NCBI GenBank assembly: GCA_035252155.1
Contig: DATFDL010000646.1
Coordinates: 1-48,509, forward strand
From: Pirellulales bacterium
Lineage (GTDB): Bacteria > Planctomycetota > Planctomycetia > Pirellulales > JAICIG01
Reading direction: 5' to 3'
DNA length: 48,509 nt
The position numbers and the translations under genes are program-made. The notes under the pieces are model-generated. The model was not told the origin of the DNA and did no database searches. It saw nothing but the letters and a program-made list of their open reading frames with translations. Numbering within the stretch: position 1 is the first letter of the stretch; the number at the start of each line of letters is the position of its first letter. Positions 26,516 to 35,789 of the stretch are shown one piece after another.

Positions 26516-26755
26516 TTACGCGGATGGCCTGCGGCAATGTTGGTAAGCCAGGATGACTTCATAAAGGTCGGTCGAGATCGTAATCTCGTCATCCTCGAAG
26601 TCGCGCAGCCAGGTGCGTTCGCTTCGGACGGCGTCGGCGAGCAGCGGAAAAACTTCGCCAAGCGGTACACGGACCGTATTTTCCATGGCCGATGCGGGCC
26701 GAACAACCGTCGCAGTTTCCGGACCGTGATAAATGCGCAAGCGGCAGCGTGCCAT
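26516..26755 (-). CDS. Hypothetical protein (79 aa)
   Basis: TAAGGAAG lies 5 nt upstream of ATG 26755. I recognise no motif. Confidence 0.55.
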   Translation of the reverse strand: MARCRLRIYHGPETATVVRPASAMENTVRVPLGEVFPLLADAVRSERTWLRDFEDDEITISTDLYEVILAYQHCRRPSA

Positions 26756-26872
26756 AGGTGCTTCCTTAATGGGCGGTGCCTCTTGTATCGGCCGATGCTC
26801 TGGTGCGGGTTTGATCTATTTGTCGGGAATTGTGGATTGGCTCGCGAACCCCGCTTGCATCAAAGACGCAGC

Positions 26873-26901
26873 TTGACAGCGCTACACCGGCTGCCTAGAT
26901 T
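26873..26901 (+). promoter_or_regulatory. Sigma-70-like promoter candidate TTGACA-17 nt-TAGATT upstream of tex
   Basis: The -35 box is at 26873-26878 and the -10 box at 26896-26901, 43 nt before ATG 26944. Confidence 0.4.
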
Positions 26902-26943
26902 GCCAAGGTTATAGGCGGACGCCTTCTCTCTCAACCATTCTGC

Positions 26944-29868
26944 ATGGCGAGCACGACTGCGATCGATTTGGGCCAGGTTTCTCAGGCCCTCGGCTTGGCC
27001 GCGCCCCGTGTGCAGACGGTCGTCGATCTGCTCGACGCGGGCAATACGGTGCCGTTCATCACGCGGTACCGCAAAGACCAAACCGGCGGGATGGACGAGG
27101 AACAGGTCCGCGAGATTGAATCGCGAATCATCAAGTTGCGCCTGCTAGCCGAACGGAAACAAACCATCCTGCGTTCGATCGATTCGCAGGGCAGGCTGTC
27201 CGCGGAACTGGCGGCGGCGATCGCGGCCGCCGATACCGGCCGGCGGTTGGAAGACCTCTATTTACCCTATAAGCCTAAAAAGCAGACGCTGGCCACAATT
27301 GCCCGTGATCGGGGGCTGGAGCCTTTAGCCGTCGAGATCCTCGAAGCATCGCCAAGCTGTGCCGATCTCGATCGTCGCGCGAGCGATTTTGTGAGCGTCG
27401 ACCGCAAGGTTTCGACGGCAGCCGATGCGCTGTTGGGCGCCGGTCATATCTTGGCCGAATGGTTTAGCGAGCGGGCTGACTTTCGCGGCCGGTTGCGAGC
27501 GATCCTCGAACGCACCGGCAAGCTGGTGAGCACGCAGGCCGAACCTGAGCCGAAATTTGAAAAGCCCGAAAGGGGGCGAACGCCACCGCCGGCAAAGGAC
27601 AAAACGATTGCCGCGAATCGTCCGGCCAAGCCCGCCGAAGTGCAGCTTGTGCTCTGTGGCTTCGAGCTCGACGAGAACTCGGAGGGAAGATTCAGGGTTC
27701 AGGGTTCAGGGTTCAGCGAAGGCAATCATACCGGAACCGCCGATGTCGCCCCGGCCCCAGGTGCCAACTCGGAGACGGCGAACGCTCGCCAGGTAGTCCC
27801 GGCCCTTGTGGCCGGCTCAGAGGTGACCTCCACGCATCAGGTGGCCCCGGCCCTCGTGGCCGGCCCAGCGACGGAACCGCCGGGCACAAGGCCCGGAGCT
27901 ACCGAGTCGGTTCCGGCTGCGCCCGTCACCAAGGCCGCCAAACACGCCGCGCGCAAAAAAGGCAAGGATGACCACAAGGCCTTTCGCGACTATTTCCGCT
28001 TCAGCGAGGCGATCGACAAAGTGCCGCCGCACCGCATTCTGGCGATCAATCGTGGCGAGCGCGCCCGGGCGCTGCGGGTGCGAATTGAAGTCGACCTCGA
28101 GGCGATGCAGCAAGTGGTCGACGAACTGCTGATACCGTCCGGTCACCCGCACGCCGACTTTCTGCGCGGCTGCGGCCGCGACGCCTTGGCCCGGCTGGTG
28201 CTTCCCAGTCTCGAACGCGAAGTCCGCCGCGAGTTGACCGACCTCGCCGAAACTCACGCCGTCGAAGTCTTCGCACGGAACTTGCGGAACCTGCTCTTGC
28301 AACCGCCCGTGCGCGAACGGCGCGTGTTGGCGGTCGATCCGGGCTTCAAGAGCGGTTGCAAGCTGGTGGCGATCGACGAGTTTGGCAACCTGCTGGAGCA
28401 TGGCGTGGCCCACATCGCGGGTTCGGCCGAGCGGCGGGCCGAAGCTGGACACAAAGCGGCCGACATGATTCGCAGGCTGCAGCTTTCGGTGATCGCCGTC
28501 GGCAACGGCACCGGTTGCCGCGCCGCCGAGCAGTGGGTGAGCGATTTGTTGGCCGGCGAGCTGGCGGAACAGGGCATCTCTTATGTCATCGTCAACGAAG
28601 CCGGCGCCAGCGTCTACTCGACCAGCCGGTTGGGACGAGAAGAGCTGCCCAAATTTGACCCCACCGTGCGCGGCGCACTGTCAATCGGACGGCGGCTGCA
28701 AGACCCGCTCAGTGAGCTCGTCAAGATTGACGCAGCGAGCATCGGCGTCGGCATGTATCAGCACGACGTCAAAGCCAAGCACCTGCGCGAGTCGCTCGAC
28801 GCGGTGGTGTCGTCGTGCGTGAACTTCGTGGGCGTCGACGTCAACACCGCCAGTCCCGCCTTGTTGCGGTACGTGTCGGGCCTGAATCAGCTCACCGCCC
28901 AGCGATTGTTCGATCACCGCGCGGCCCACGGCCCCTTCCAGACTCGCGAAGAACTGAAAGAGGTGCAAGGTTTCGGCGAAGCCACGTTTGTGCAGGCGGC
29001 CGGGTTTTTGAAAATCGTGGGCGGCCCAAACCCGCTCGACGCCACCTGGATTCATCCCGAAAGTTACGGCGTAGCCCGGCAGATTCTCGATCGGATAGAG
29101 GCCAAAGTCGATGACCTCGCCGAAAAGGAGCGTGCCACGCCACTGGCAGAGCGGCTTGGACAACTTCCCCTGGAGACGTTAACTGCCGAGACTCAAGTCG
29201 GCACGCTCACGCTCGCCGACATCGTCGCGCAACTGAGGCGGCCCGGCCGAGACCCCCGCGAGGCGCTGCCGCCGCCGATCTTCAAGCACGGCATTTTGAA
29301 GCTCGACGATCTGACGCCGGGCATGGAGCTGTCGGGCACGGTGTTGAACGTCGTCGATTTCGGCGCTTTTGTCGACATCGGCTTGAAGGACAGCGGCCTG
29401 GTGCATATCAGTCAGTTGGCCAACCGCTACGTGCAAGACGCGCACGAAGTCGTGTCGGTGGGCGACATCGTGCGCGTTTGGGTGCGCGAGGTCGACAAGG
29501 AGCGGCGGCGTGTCTCGCTGACCATGATCGCGCCGGGCTCGCGGCGAAGTGCCGAACCGCGCGGCGGCGAACCAAAGCGCGACCGTCGGCCGGCACGGTC
29601 GCCCAAGCCCGAAACACCGGCGGGAACGCCGCCGCCCCCGCGGCGCGTCCACGAGCCCCACCGCGCCAAAGGCCGCGCGGGGCAGTCGGGCAAAAAACCC
29701 AAATACCAAAAGCCGCCGGCCCCCAAGCCTAAGCCGCGGCCGGTGGTGCCGCTCAGCAAAGACATGATCGAGGGCAAAACGCCGTTACGCACCTTCGGCG
29801 ACCTGCAGCAATTCTGGACCCTCAAGCAGCAAGAGGCCACCGACGAGGAAAAAGCTTCGGACCAATAG
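26944..29868 (+). CDS. tex: Tex-like transcription accessory protein (HTH - YqgF - HhH - S1), with a ~145-aa low-complexity insertion and a basic C-terminal tail
   Basis: The motifs are TVPFITRYRKDQTGGMDE, FRDYF...VPPHRILAINRGE, the YqgF segment VLAVDPGFKSGCKL, HhH, and the S1 segment GTVLNVVDFGAFVDIG. Confidence 0.9.
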   Translation: MASTTAIDLGQVSQALGLAAPRVQTVVDLLDAGNTVPFITRYRKDQTGGMDEEQVREIESRIIKLRLLAERKQTILRSIDSQGRLSAELAAAIAAADTGRRLEDLYLPYKPKKQTLATIARDRGLEPLAVEILEASPSCADLDRRASDFVSVDRKVSTAADALLGAGHILAEWFSERADFRGRLRAILERTGKLVSTQAEPEPKFEKPERGRTPPPAKDKTIAANRPAKPAEVQLVLCGFELDENSEGRFRVQGSGFSEGNHTGTADVAPAPGANSETANARQVVPALVAGSEVTSTHQVAPALVAGPATEPPGTRPGATESVPAAPVTKAAKHAARKKGKDDHKAFRDYFRFSEAIDKVPPHRILAINRGERARALRVRIEVDLEAMQQVVDELLIPSGHPHADFLRGCGRDALARLVLPSLEREVRRELTDLAETHAVEVFARNLRNLLLQPPVRERRVLAVDPGFKSGCKLVAIDEFGNLLEHGVAHIAGSAERRAEAGHKAADMIRRLQLSVIAVGNGTGCRAAEQWVSDLLAGELAEQGISYVIVNEAGASVYSTSRLGREELPKFDPTVRGALSIGRRLQDPLSELVKIDAASIGVGMYQHDVKAKHLRESLDAVVSSCVNFVGVDVNTASPALLRYVSGLNQLTAQRLFDHRAAHGPFQTREELKEVQGFGEATFVQAAGFLKIVGGPNPLDATWIHPESYGVARQILDRIEAKVDDLAEKERATPLAERLGQLPLETLTAETQVGTLTLADIVAQLRRPGRDPREALPPPIFKHGILKLDDLTPGMELSGTVLNVVDFGAFVDIGLKDSGLVHISQLANRYVQDAHEVVSVGDIVRVWVREVDKERRRVSLTMIAPGSRRSAEPRGGEPKRDRRPARSPKPETPAGTPPPPRRVHEPHRAKGRAGQSGKKPKYQKPPAPKPKPRPVVPLSKDMIEGKTPLRTFGDLQQFWTLKQQEATDEEKASDQ
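27691..27716 (+). repeat. Tandem heptamer (GGGTTCA x3, plus partial copies) inside tex
   Basis: The sequence reads TTCAGGGTTCAGGGTTCAGGGTTCAG and encodes FRVQGSGFS. Confidence 0.8.
27790..27868 (+). repeat. Two copies of the 31-nt unit CAGGTrGyCCCGGCCCTyGTGGCCGGCyCAG (palindromic core CCGGCC..GGCCGG) inside tex
   Basis: Copies lie at 27790-27820 and 27838-27868 and encode QVVPALVAGS and QVAPALVAGP. A related core occurs at 46889-46908. Confidence 0.65.
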
Positions 29869-29907
29869 GGCCGCCGCGGTTCTACCTGCACCGTCGCGGT
29901 CGAGCGG

Positions 29908-30975
29908 CTATCGGCTGTTCTCGGGCACAAGCTCGACAAACACGAGTTCGGGCCGGCAGAGAAACCGCAGCCGAGGGGCGGGGCCACGCTCCATGCCTAG
30001 CCCGCGCGAGACGATCAACGTCTTGCCGTCGCCCAGGTCCGTAACGCCAGCGGCCCAGCGGCGCGGCACGCGCGAGAGCGTGATCAGCGGGCCGATGAGC
30101 GGCAGTCTCACCTGCCCGCCGTGCGTGTGCCCGGCCACTAGCAGGTCGGCCTTGACGTCGCCCCGAGCAAAGTTGGGGCAGTGGCCGAAGACAATTTGAA
30201 ACTGGTCACTTTTCGAAATTTGCAAGGCGGTCGAAAACGAATCTTCGATCGCCAATGCCGTCAGGCGCACCTCGCCCAGGTCGAACGATTGCGTGGAGTT
30301 CGCGCAGGTGACGCCGGTGTCTTCGAAACTAACCCGCCAGCCGTCGCTGTCGACGTTGCCGCGCACCGCGTAAATCCCTAGCGGCGCGGACAGGCCAATC
30401 TCCTGAAGCATCGCCCGTAGCTCGCGGTGCAACCGCCGGCGACCGGCGTTGTCGAACTCTTGAATGTAATCACCCGCCAACAAAATGAGGTCGGGCCGCG
30501 CAGCCATCACGCGCTCAAGCACTGATTGCTCGTAAGGGCCAATCTCGTCGGTTTGCAGATCGGCGAGAATGGCGATCGTGACCGGCTGTTGGATTTTGGG
30601 GCTGACGAGTCGCACTTGCCTCACTTCGAGCCAATGGGGCTCAACGAGGAAGGCGTCGAACGCGGCCGCTTCGACCAGCATAAAAAGCGCGGCAAACACT
30701 GTGGCGGCGCGGGGGTGACGCCGCGCCAGCGAAATCGCCGCGGCCGCCAGCGTCGCCGCCAGATAGCCAAACCAGCCGTAGGCGAGCAATCGCAGGCTGC
30801 CGAAGCCGCGATCGCCCAAACTATAGGCCAGCACGACGGCCAAGCCGCCCACGGCCGCCGCGGCCAGCCACCAGTCCCGCGGTCGGCGGTCGCGACCGGC
30901 CGCCCAGGCGGCTGTAAGCGTCAGCACCAGCATGCCGCCGTGAAACAGCAGTGAACCACTCGACGTCGTCAACAT
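29908..30975 (-). CDS. Membrane-anchored metallophosphoesterase (YkuE-like)
   Basis: N-terminal TM helices are followed by ILADLQTDE, LLAGDYIQ, RGNVDS and AGHTHGGQV. Confidence 0.85.
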   Translation of the reverse strand: MLTTSSGSLLFHGGMLVLTLTAAWAAGRDRRPRDWWLAAAAVGGLAVVLAYSLGDRGFGSLRLLAYGWFGYLAATLAAAAISLARRHPRAATVFAALFMLVEAAAFDAFLVEPHWLEVRQVRLVSPKIQQPVTIAILADLQTDEIGPYEQSVLERVMAARPDLILLAGDYIQEFDNAGRRRLHRELRAMLQEIGLSAPLGIYAVRGNVDSDGWRVSFEDTGVTCANSTQSFDLGEVRLTALAIEDSFSTALQISKSDQFQIVFGHCPNFARGDVKADLLVAGHTHGGQVRLPLIGPLITLSRVPRRWAAGVTDLGDGKTLIVSRGLGMERGPAPRLRFLCRPELVFVELVPENSR

Positions 30976-31001
30976 GGCACGTTCCGTGTGCGCTCGATGG
31001 T

Positions 31002-31499
31002 TTACTCTTCGGCCAGGCCGCGGAGGGCTTCGAGCACCTGCTGGTCATGCCCTTCGACCTTGACGCGCCGCCAGACTTTCCGCACGACGCCTTGGGCATC
31101 GATCAAGAAAGTCGATCGCTGCACGCCCCAGGATTTTTTACCGTACATATTTTTTTCTTGCCAGGCGCCGTATTTTTCGGCCACCCGGTGGTCGGAGTCG
31201 GCCAGCAGCGGGAACGTCAAGCGGTATTTGTCGCGAAACTTGACGTGGCTGGCCACGTCGTCGGTGCTGACGCCGAAAACCTTTGCTCCCAGCGACTGCA
31301 ATTCTCGCTGGCGGTCCCGGAAGGCGCAAGCTTCTTTGGTGCAGCCGGGCGTGTCGTCGCGCGGATAGAAGTAGAGCACCACGGGGCTGCCCCGCTGGTC
31401 GTTGAGCTTGAACGTTGCGCCATCGTCGGCGGCCAGCGTAAAATCGGGCGCCGGCTGGCCTTCCTCGAGCCACTCGCTCACGGTGTGTCTCCTAAGCAT
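31002..31499 (-). CDS. bcp: Thioredoxin-dependent thiol peroxidase (peroxiredoxin Q/Bcp)
   Basis: The sequence PAPDFTLAADDG...VVLYFYPRDDTPGCTKEACAFRD matches the family. Confidence 0.9.
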   Translation of the reverse strand: MLRRHTVSEWLEEGQPAPDFTLAADDGATFKLNDQRGSPVVLYFYPRDDTPGCTKEACAFRDRQRELQSLGAKVFGVSTDDVASHVKFRDKYRLTFPLLADSDHRVAEKYGAWQEKNMYGKKSWGVQRSTFLIDAQGVVRKVWRRVKVEGHDQQVLEALRGLAEE

Positions 31500-31677
31500 G
31501 TGTTAAGCATTGATCTCGGAGATTATAGCGGACAACTCGGCCGGCGATGAGGGGCGCGACGTACTGCCGTGTGCGAACCAGAGGGCGCACGGCCTTGTCA
31601 GTTGCCGTAGACCCTCCACGCGGACTTGCCGGGCGTGTACAATGCAGCCGGGTTGTTTTTCGGCTTTTCCAGAAAGG

Positions 31678-32112
31678 ATGTGTGTGGCGATTTCGACCAT
31701 CGACCGGCCCTCGGCGGCCTCGTCGGGACGCTCGCTCGAGCTGGCCAAGGCGGCCGCCCAAACCGCCGCCGATCATCGCGGACGCGACATTGTCATTCTC
31801 GACATGCGCGAGCTGACCTGCGAGTTCGACTTCTTTGTGTTGGCCACCGGCACCAGCCGGCGGCAACTTCACGCCATGAGCGAGGAGATCGACCACAAGC
31901 TCGAAGACGACATGGGCGACCGGCGCCTGGGAATCGAGGGTTTCCAAGACAGCCGCTGGATTCTGCTCGATTACGGCGACGTGGTGGTGCATCTGCTCGA
32001 TCCCGAAGCCCGCGAGTATTACGCCCTGGAAGACCTCTGGTGCGAGGCCAAGCGCGTGCCGGTCGATCTGCCGGGCGTCGATGAGTCAACCAGCCCGCGC
32101 ATCGGAGCGTGA
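31678..32112 (+). CDS. rsfS: Ribosome silencing factor RsfS (iojap-like)
   Basis: The motifs are DIVILDMRELT...DFFVLATGTSRRQLHAMSEEI and WILLDYGDVVVHL. The start is uncertain: ATG 31678, GTG 31684 or ATG 31642. The tracked 31510 start is unlikely. Confidence 0.85.
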   Translation: MCVAISTIDRPSAASSGRSLELAKAAAQTAADHRGRDIVILDMRELTCEFDFFVLATGTSRRQLHAMSEEIDHKLEDDMGDRRLGIEGFQDSRWILLDYGDVVVHLLDPEAREYYALEDLWCEAKRVPVDLPGVDESTSPRIGA

Positions 32113-32136
32113 ACGCCGTACAACAGAAGGCAGATT

Positions 32137-32299
32137 GAACAGAAGGCAACAAAGAAAACGAAGAGAGAAATAAGGTGGGTCGAGCCAGGCGAATCTCACC
32201 TTTTTGGCCGACTTTTTTTGTTGCGTCGCCCTGTGCGCTACGGTTCGCGAGCTTGTCGAAATCATCCGACTTCTTCGTTATCTTCGTTGCCTTCTGTTC
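32137..32299. repeat. AT-rich ~29-bp inverted repeats (GAACAGAAGGCAACrAAGAwAACGAAGA) bracketing a GGTGGG-type hairpin + T-run
   Basis: The arm at 32137-32165 matches the reverse complement of 32270-32299 with 2 internal mismatches. A partial direct copy, CAACAGAAGGCAG, lies at 32121-32133. The inner segment AAGGTGGGTCGAGCCAGGCGAATCTCACCTTTTT (32172-32205) could terminate rsfS. Confidence 0.6.
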
Positions 32300-32305
32300 A
32301 AAATC

Positions 32306-34300
32306 ATGAATCTTCTGTGGACCATTCGGCACCGGTTTGAGGTTGCGTTGGCGCCGCTGGCAGAACAGCTTGGTCTGACGGCTAGCGAACTAACCGAGTT
32401 GGTCGAGATGGTCCGGCCCAGCCAAGACGCACGGTTTGGCGACTACCAGGCCAACTGCGCCATGCCGTTGGGTAAACGTCTCGACAAGTCAGCGCGCGAC
32501 GTCGCTCAAAAAATCGTCGAGCGGCTGGAGTGGACCGACTTGGGGCCTCCGCCCGAGATTGCCGGGCCGGGATTCATCAATCTGCGGCTGTCTGAGGGGT
32601 GGCTCGCCGAGCAATTGTCGCAGGCGGTCCTCGACGAGCGATTAGGCGTGCCGCCGGCCGATCCGCCGCGCACCTACGTGATTGATTACTCGGCCCCGAA
32701 CGTCGCAAAGCCGATGCACGTGGGCCACATTCGCTCGACCGTCATCGGCGACAGCCTCTATCGCACGCTCAAGTTTCTGGGCCACCGGGTGATTGGCGAC
32801 AATCACCTGGGCGACTGGGGTACGCAGTTCGGCATGATCATTTACGGCTTTCGGCACTTCAGCGATGAGGTGGCGTACCGAAAATCTCCGGTGGACGAGC
32901 TTGCCCGACTTTATCGGCTGGTCCATCAATTGGTCGATTATCACGAAGGCCGGGCAAAACTAACCGAGTTGTTGGCGCAGGTCGTGCGCGATCAAGAGGC
33001 GCTCGCCCGCCACGCCGCCGAAGCGGTGGCCGGCGATCCGAAAGGCGAGAAAAAAGCCAACAAGGCGCTCAAGAGATTCGAACAGGCATTAGAAAAGTCG
33101 CGGGCCGAAGCCGACGCTTTGCGGAAGCGCCAGCAAACAATCGAGCAAGACCGCAAGCTGGCGGCGCTGGTGGCCGCGCACCCCCAGATTGCTCAGGCGG
33201 TGCTGGCCGAAACCGCCAAGCTGCACGCCGACGACGCAGAAAACCTGCGGCTGTGGCGCGAGTTCATGCCGCCTTGCCTGGCGGCGATCGAGCAAGTCTA
33301 TCGGCGGCTGGGCGTGAAGTTCGACCAGACGCTGGGCGAAAGCTTTTATCACGACCGGCTGGCTGGCGTAGTCGACGACCTGCAGCGACGCGGGATCGCG
33401 CGCGAGAGTGAAGGCGCCATCTGCGTCTTCGTCGAAGACAATTCCGTGCCGATGATCGTGCGCAAGCGCGATGGCGCTTATCTCTATGCGACGACCGATT
33501 TGGCCACGATTCAGTATCGGATGCAGACCTGGTCGCCCGACGCGATGCTGTATGTGGTCGATCATCGGCAGAGCGATCACTTTCGCCTGCTCTTCGCCGT
33601 CGCTCGGCAATGGGGGTATCGCGACGCCGAGTTTCAGCACATCAGCTTTGGAACCGTGCTGGGCGAGGACGGACGGCCCTTCAAGACGCGGTCGGGCGAT
33701 ACCGTAGGGCTGTCGGGGCTACTCGACGAAGCCGTGGCCCGGGCCTACCAGGTCGTCTGTTCGCTCGACGACGAGAAGCCGCAGGGAGCCGAATTGGCCG
33801 ACGACGAGCGGCGGCGGATTGCAGAAGTTGTCGGGCTGTCGGCCATCAAGTACGCCGATCTCTCGCAAAACCGCACCAGCGACTATGTGTTCAGCTTCGA
33901 CAAGATGGTGGCTCTGAAAGGCAATACGGCCACCTATATGCAATACGCCTACACGCGAGTCCGCGGCATTTTTCGCAAGGGGGAAATTGACGTCGAGGCG
34001 TTGCGCCGCCGGCGGCCGGCGATCGCGCTGGCTCAGCCGGCCGAGCGGGCGTTGGGCCTGGAGTTGTTGCGGTTCGCCGAGGCCTTGCAATTTACCATCG
34101 CCGATTATCGGCCGAACCAATTGACCACCTATTTGTTCGACCTGGCGAACCGTTTTTCGACGTTTTTCGAGGAATGCCCGGTGCTGAAGGCCGACACGCC
34201 GGAACTGCGCGACAGCCGTCTGCTGCTGTGCGATTTGACAGCCCGCACGATCAAACAGGGACTGGAGCTGTTGGGGATCGAGGTGGTGGAGAGGATGTGA
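32306..34300 (+). CDS. argS: Arginine--tRNA ligase
   Basis: Start set at ATG 32306 (MNLLWTIRHRF). The motifs are SAPNVAKPMHVGHIRST, the class I HIGH-type element, the anticodon-binding end and the C-terminal ...VVERM. Confidence 0.95.
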   Translation: MNLLWTIRHRFEVALAPLAEQLGLTASELTELVEMVRPSQDARFGDYQANCAMPLGKRLDKSARDVAQKIVERLEWTDLGPPPEIAGPGFINLRLSEGWLAEQLSQAVLDERLGVPPADPPRTYVIDYSAPNVAKPMHVGHIRSTVIGDSLYRTLKFLGHRVIGDNHLGDWGTQFGMIIYGFRHFSDEVAYRKSPVDELARLYRLVHQLVDYHEGRAKLTELLAQVVRDQEALARHAAEAVAGDPKGEKKANKALKRFEQALEKSRAEADALRKRQQTIEQDRKLAALVAAHPQIAQAVLAETAKLHADDAENLRLWREFMPPCLAAIEQVYRRLGVKFDQTLGESFYHDRLAGVVDDLQRRGIARESEGAICVFVEDNSVPMIVRKRDGAYLYATTDLATIQYRMQTWSPDAMLYVVDHRQSDHFRLLFAVARQWGYRDAEFQHISFGTVLGEDGRPFKTRSGDTVGLSGLLDEAVARAYQVVCSLDDEKPQGAELADDERRRIAEVVGLSAIKYADLSQNRTSDYVFSFDKMVALKGNTATYMQYAYTRVRGIFRKGEIDVEALRRRRPAIALAQPAERALGLELLRFAEALQFTIADYRPNQLTTYLFDLANRFSTFFEECPVLKADTPELRDSRLLLCDLTARTIKQGLELLGIEVVERM

Positions 34301-34346
34301 AGGCAGGGGCCAGAGATCGGAGGTCGGAGGCCAGGGGAACCTGAAG

Positions 34347-34440
34347 GGTGGGACGGGCTTGCGAGTCCCACCATCTGCGTGAATCCAAGTGGAGCGGTTG
34401 GCGCAGGCGAATGGTGGGACTCACTTCGCTCGGCCCACCC
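34347..34440. repeat. Two GGTGGGAC..CCCACC repeat units downstream of argS
   Basis: Unit 1 is GGTGGGACGGGCTTGCGAGTCCCACC (34347-34372). Unit 2 is GGTGGGACTCACTTCGCTCGGCCCACCC (34413-34440). Confidence 0.55.
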
Positions 34441-34476
34441 TACATGGGGCGCGCGTTTAAAAAAGGCGAGGTCCCC

Positions 34477-35631
34477 ATGTCAGAGTTTTTTAGCGACGAG
34501 ATGCGGCGCGAGCCGTATCCGATCTACGATCAAATCCGCGGCGCCGGCGTGCTTCACGTTCCGCCGCCTTTCAATGCCTGGTTGGTGCTCGATTATGCGG
34601 GCGTCAAGCAGGTATTGGCCGATCACGATACGTTCCGATCGAGTGTGCCGGCACCACCGAATTGGTTCATCTTCAGCGATCCGCCGCGGCACACCAAGCT
34701 GCGCAACCTGATCTCGAAAGCGTTCACGCCGCGGTCGGTGGCGAACCTCGAACCGCGAATTCGCGAGATCTCGCGCGATCTACTCGATGTGGCTGTCCAA
34801 CGAGGTTCAATCGACCTCGCCACCGAATATTCGGTGCCGCTGCCGATGAAAGTCATTGCCGCCATGATCGGTATTCCGCCCGCCGATTGGGCGCGATTCA
34901 AACGCTGGAGCGACAGCATTTTGAAGCTCAGTTATACGCGGTCGGGCGGTGACGAAGCGGCGCAAGCGAGCCGGGAGTTTGCCGCGGTGACTGCCGAGAT
35001 GAGCGATTATCTGGCCGAGATGATCGCCCAGCGGCGGACAAGTCCCAGCGACGATTTACTTACCCGGCTGATCCACGCCGAAATGGATGGCCAACACTTG
35101 AACCATGAGGAAATCTTGGGGTTCTTTCAGCTTTTGGTCGTTGGCGGGCAAGAAACGACGACCAACCTCATCAACAACGTGGTGCTCTGCCTGATCGAAA
35201 ATCCCGATCAGCGGGCGCTGCTCGCGGCCAGTCCCGAATTGTTGCCGTTGGCCATCGAAGAGGTCTTGCGTTATCGTTCGCCGCTGCAATGGCTGATGCG
35301 CACGCCCGGCCGCGATGTTGAGTTGCACGGGCAAGTGATTCCCGCCGGCTGCCTGGTGCTGGCGATGGTCGGCTCGGCGAACCGAGATCCCAAGCAGTTT
35401 GCCGAGGCCGGCCGGTTCAAGATCGACCGAGAGCCGAACCCGCACCTGGCGTTCGGCCACGGCAACCACGTTTGCCTAGGCGCTCCCCTGGCTCGGCTCG
35501 AGGCCCGCATCGCTTTAACCGACATCTTCGCTCGGCTGAAGAAGTTTGAGCTGGCGAGCAGCGAGCCGTGGCCGCCGCGCAAAGCATTGAACGTACACGG
35601 GCCGGAGAGTTTGCCGATACGCTTCTCCTAA
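34477..35631 (+). CDS. Cytochrome P450
   Basis: Start set at ATG 34477 after GGCGAGG. The motifs are the I-helix VVGGQETT, ExxR (EEVLRYRS) and the heme loop FGHGNHVCLGAPLAR. Confidence 0.9.
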   Translation: MSEFFSDEMRREPYPIYDQIRGAGVLHVPPPFNAWLVLDYAGVKQVLADHDTFRSSVPAPPNWFIFSDPPRHTKLRNLISKAFTPRSVANLEPRIREISRDLLDVAVQRGSIDLATEYSVPLPMKVIAAMIGIPPADWARFKRWSDSILKLSYTRSGGDEAAQASREFAAVTAEMSDYLAEMIAQRRTSPSDDLLTRLIHAEMDGQHLNHEEILGFFQLLVVGGQETTTNLINNVVLCLIENPDQRALLAASPELLPLAIEEVLRYRSPLQWLMRTPGRDVELHGQVIPAGCLVLAMVGSANRDPKQFAEAGRFKIDREPNPHLAFGHGNHVCLGAPLARLEARIALTDIFARLKKFELASSEPWPPRKALNVHGPESLPIRFS

Positions 35632-35786
35632 CTGTTGTGGCATGGTCTCCTTCCTGTTGTGGCATGGTCTCCGACCATCGCCACCCGCGGGCAGGTCTCT
35701 CAGTGTCTCGCCCTGTGGGAGACCTTCGGTCGAACGTGTGAAGCGGTCAGAGACCGCTCCACAACATGGAGACCGCTCCACAACAT
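35632..35786. repeat. Symmetric array filling the whole convergent spacer: two direct 19-mers, a centre, then two inverted 19-mers
   Basis: CTGTTGTGGCATGGTCTCC occurs at 35632-35650 and 35654-35672. (C/G)(A/G)GAGACCGCTCCACAACAT occurs at 35748-35767 and 35768-35786. The arms are complementary except for a 3-nt bubble. Confidence 0.7.
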
Positions 35787-35789
35787 CGA

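Noticed and set aside
27691-27716. Heptamer tandem in tex as a phase-variation (contingency) switch
   Set aside because: There are only about 3.5 copies, and tex is a conserved housekeeping-type gene. Slippage is possible in principle but there is no evidence for it from a single sequence. It is mentioned under the tex finding instead.
35632-35786. Possible CRISPR-like array
   Set aside because: There are only two direct copies on each side, in inverted orientation. The 2-nt and 0-nt gaps between them are not spacers. There are no cas genes in the window.
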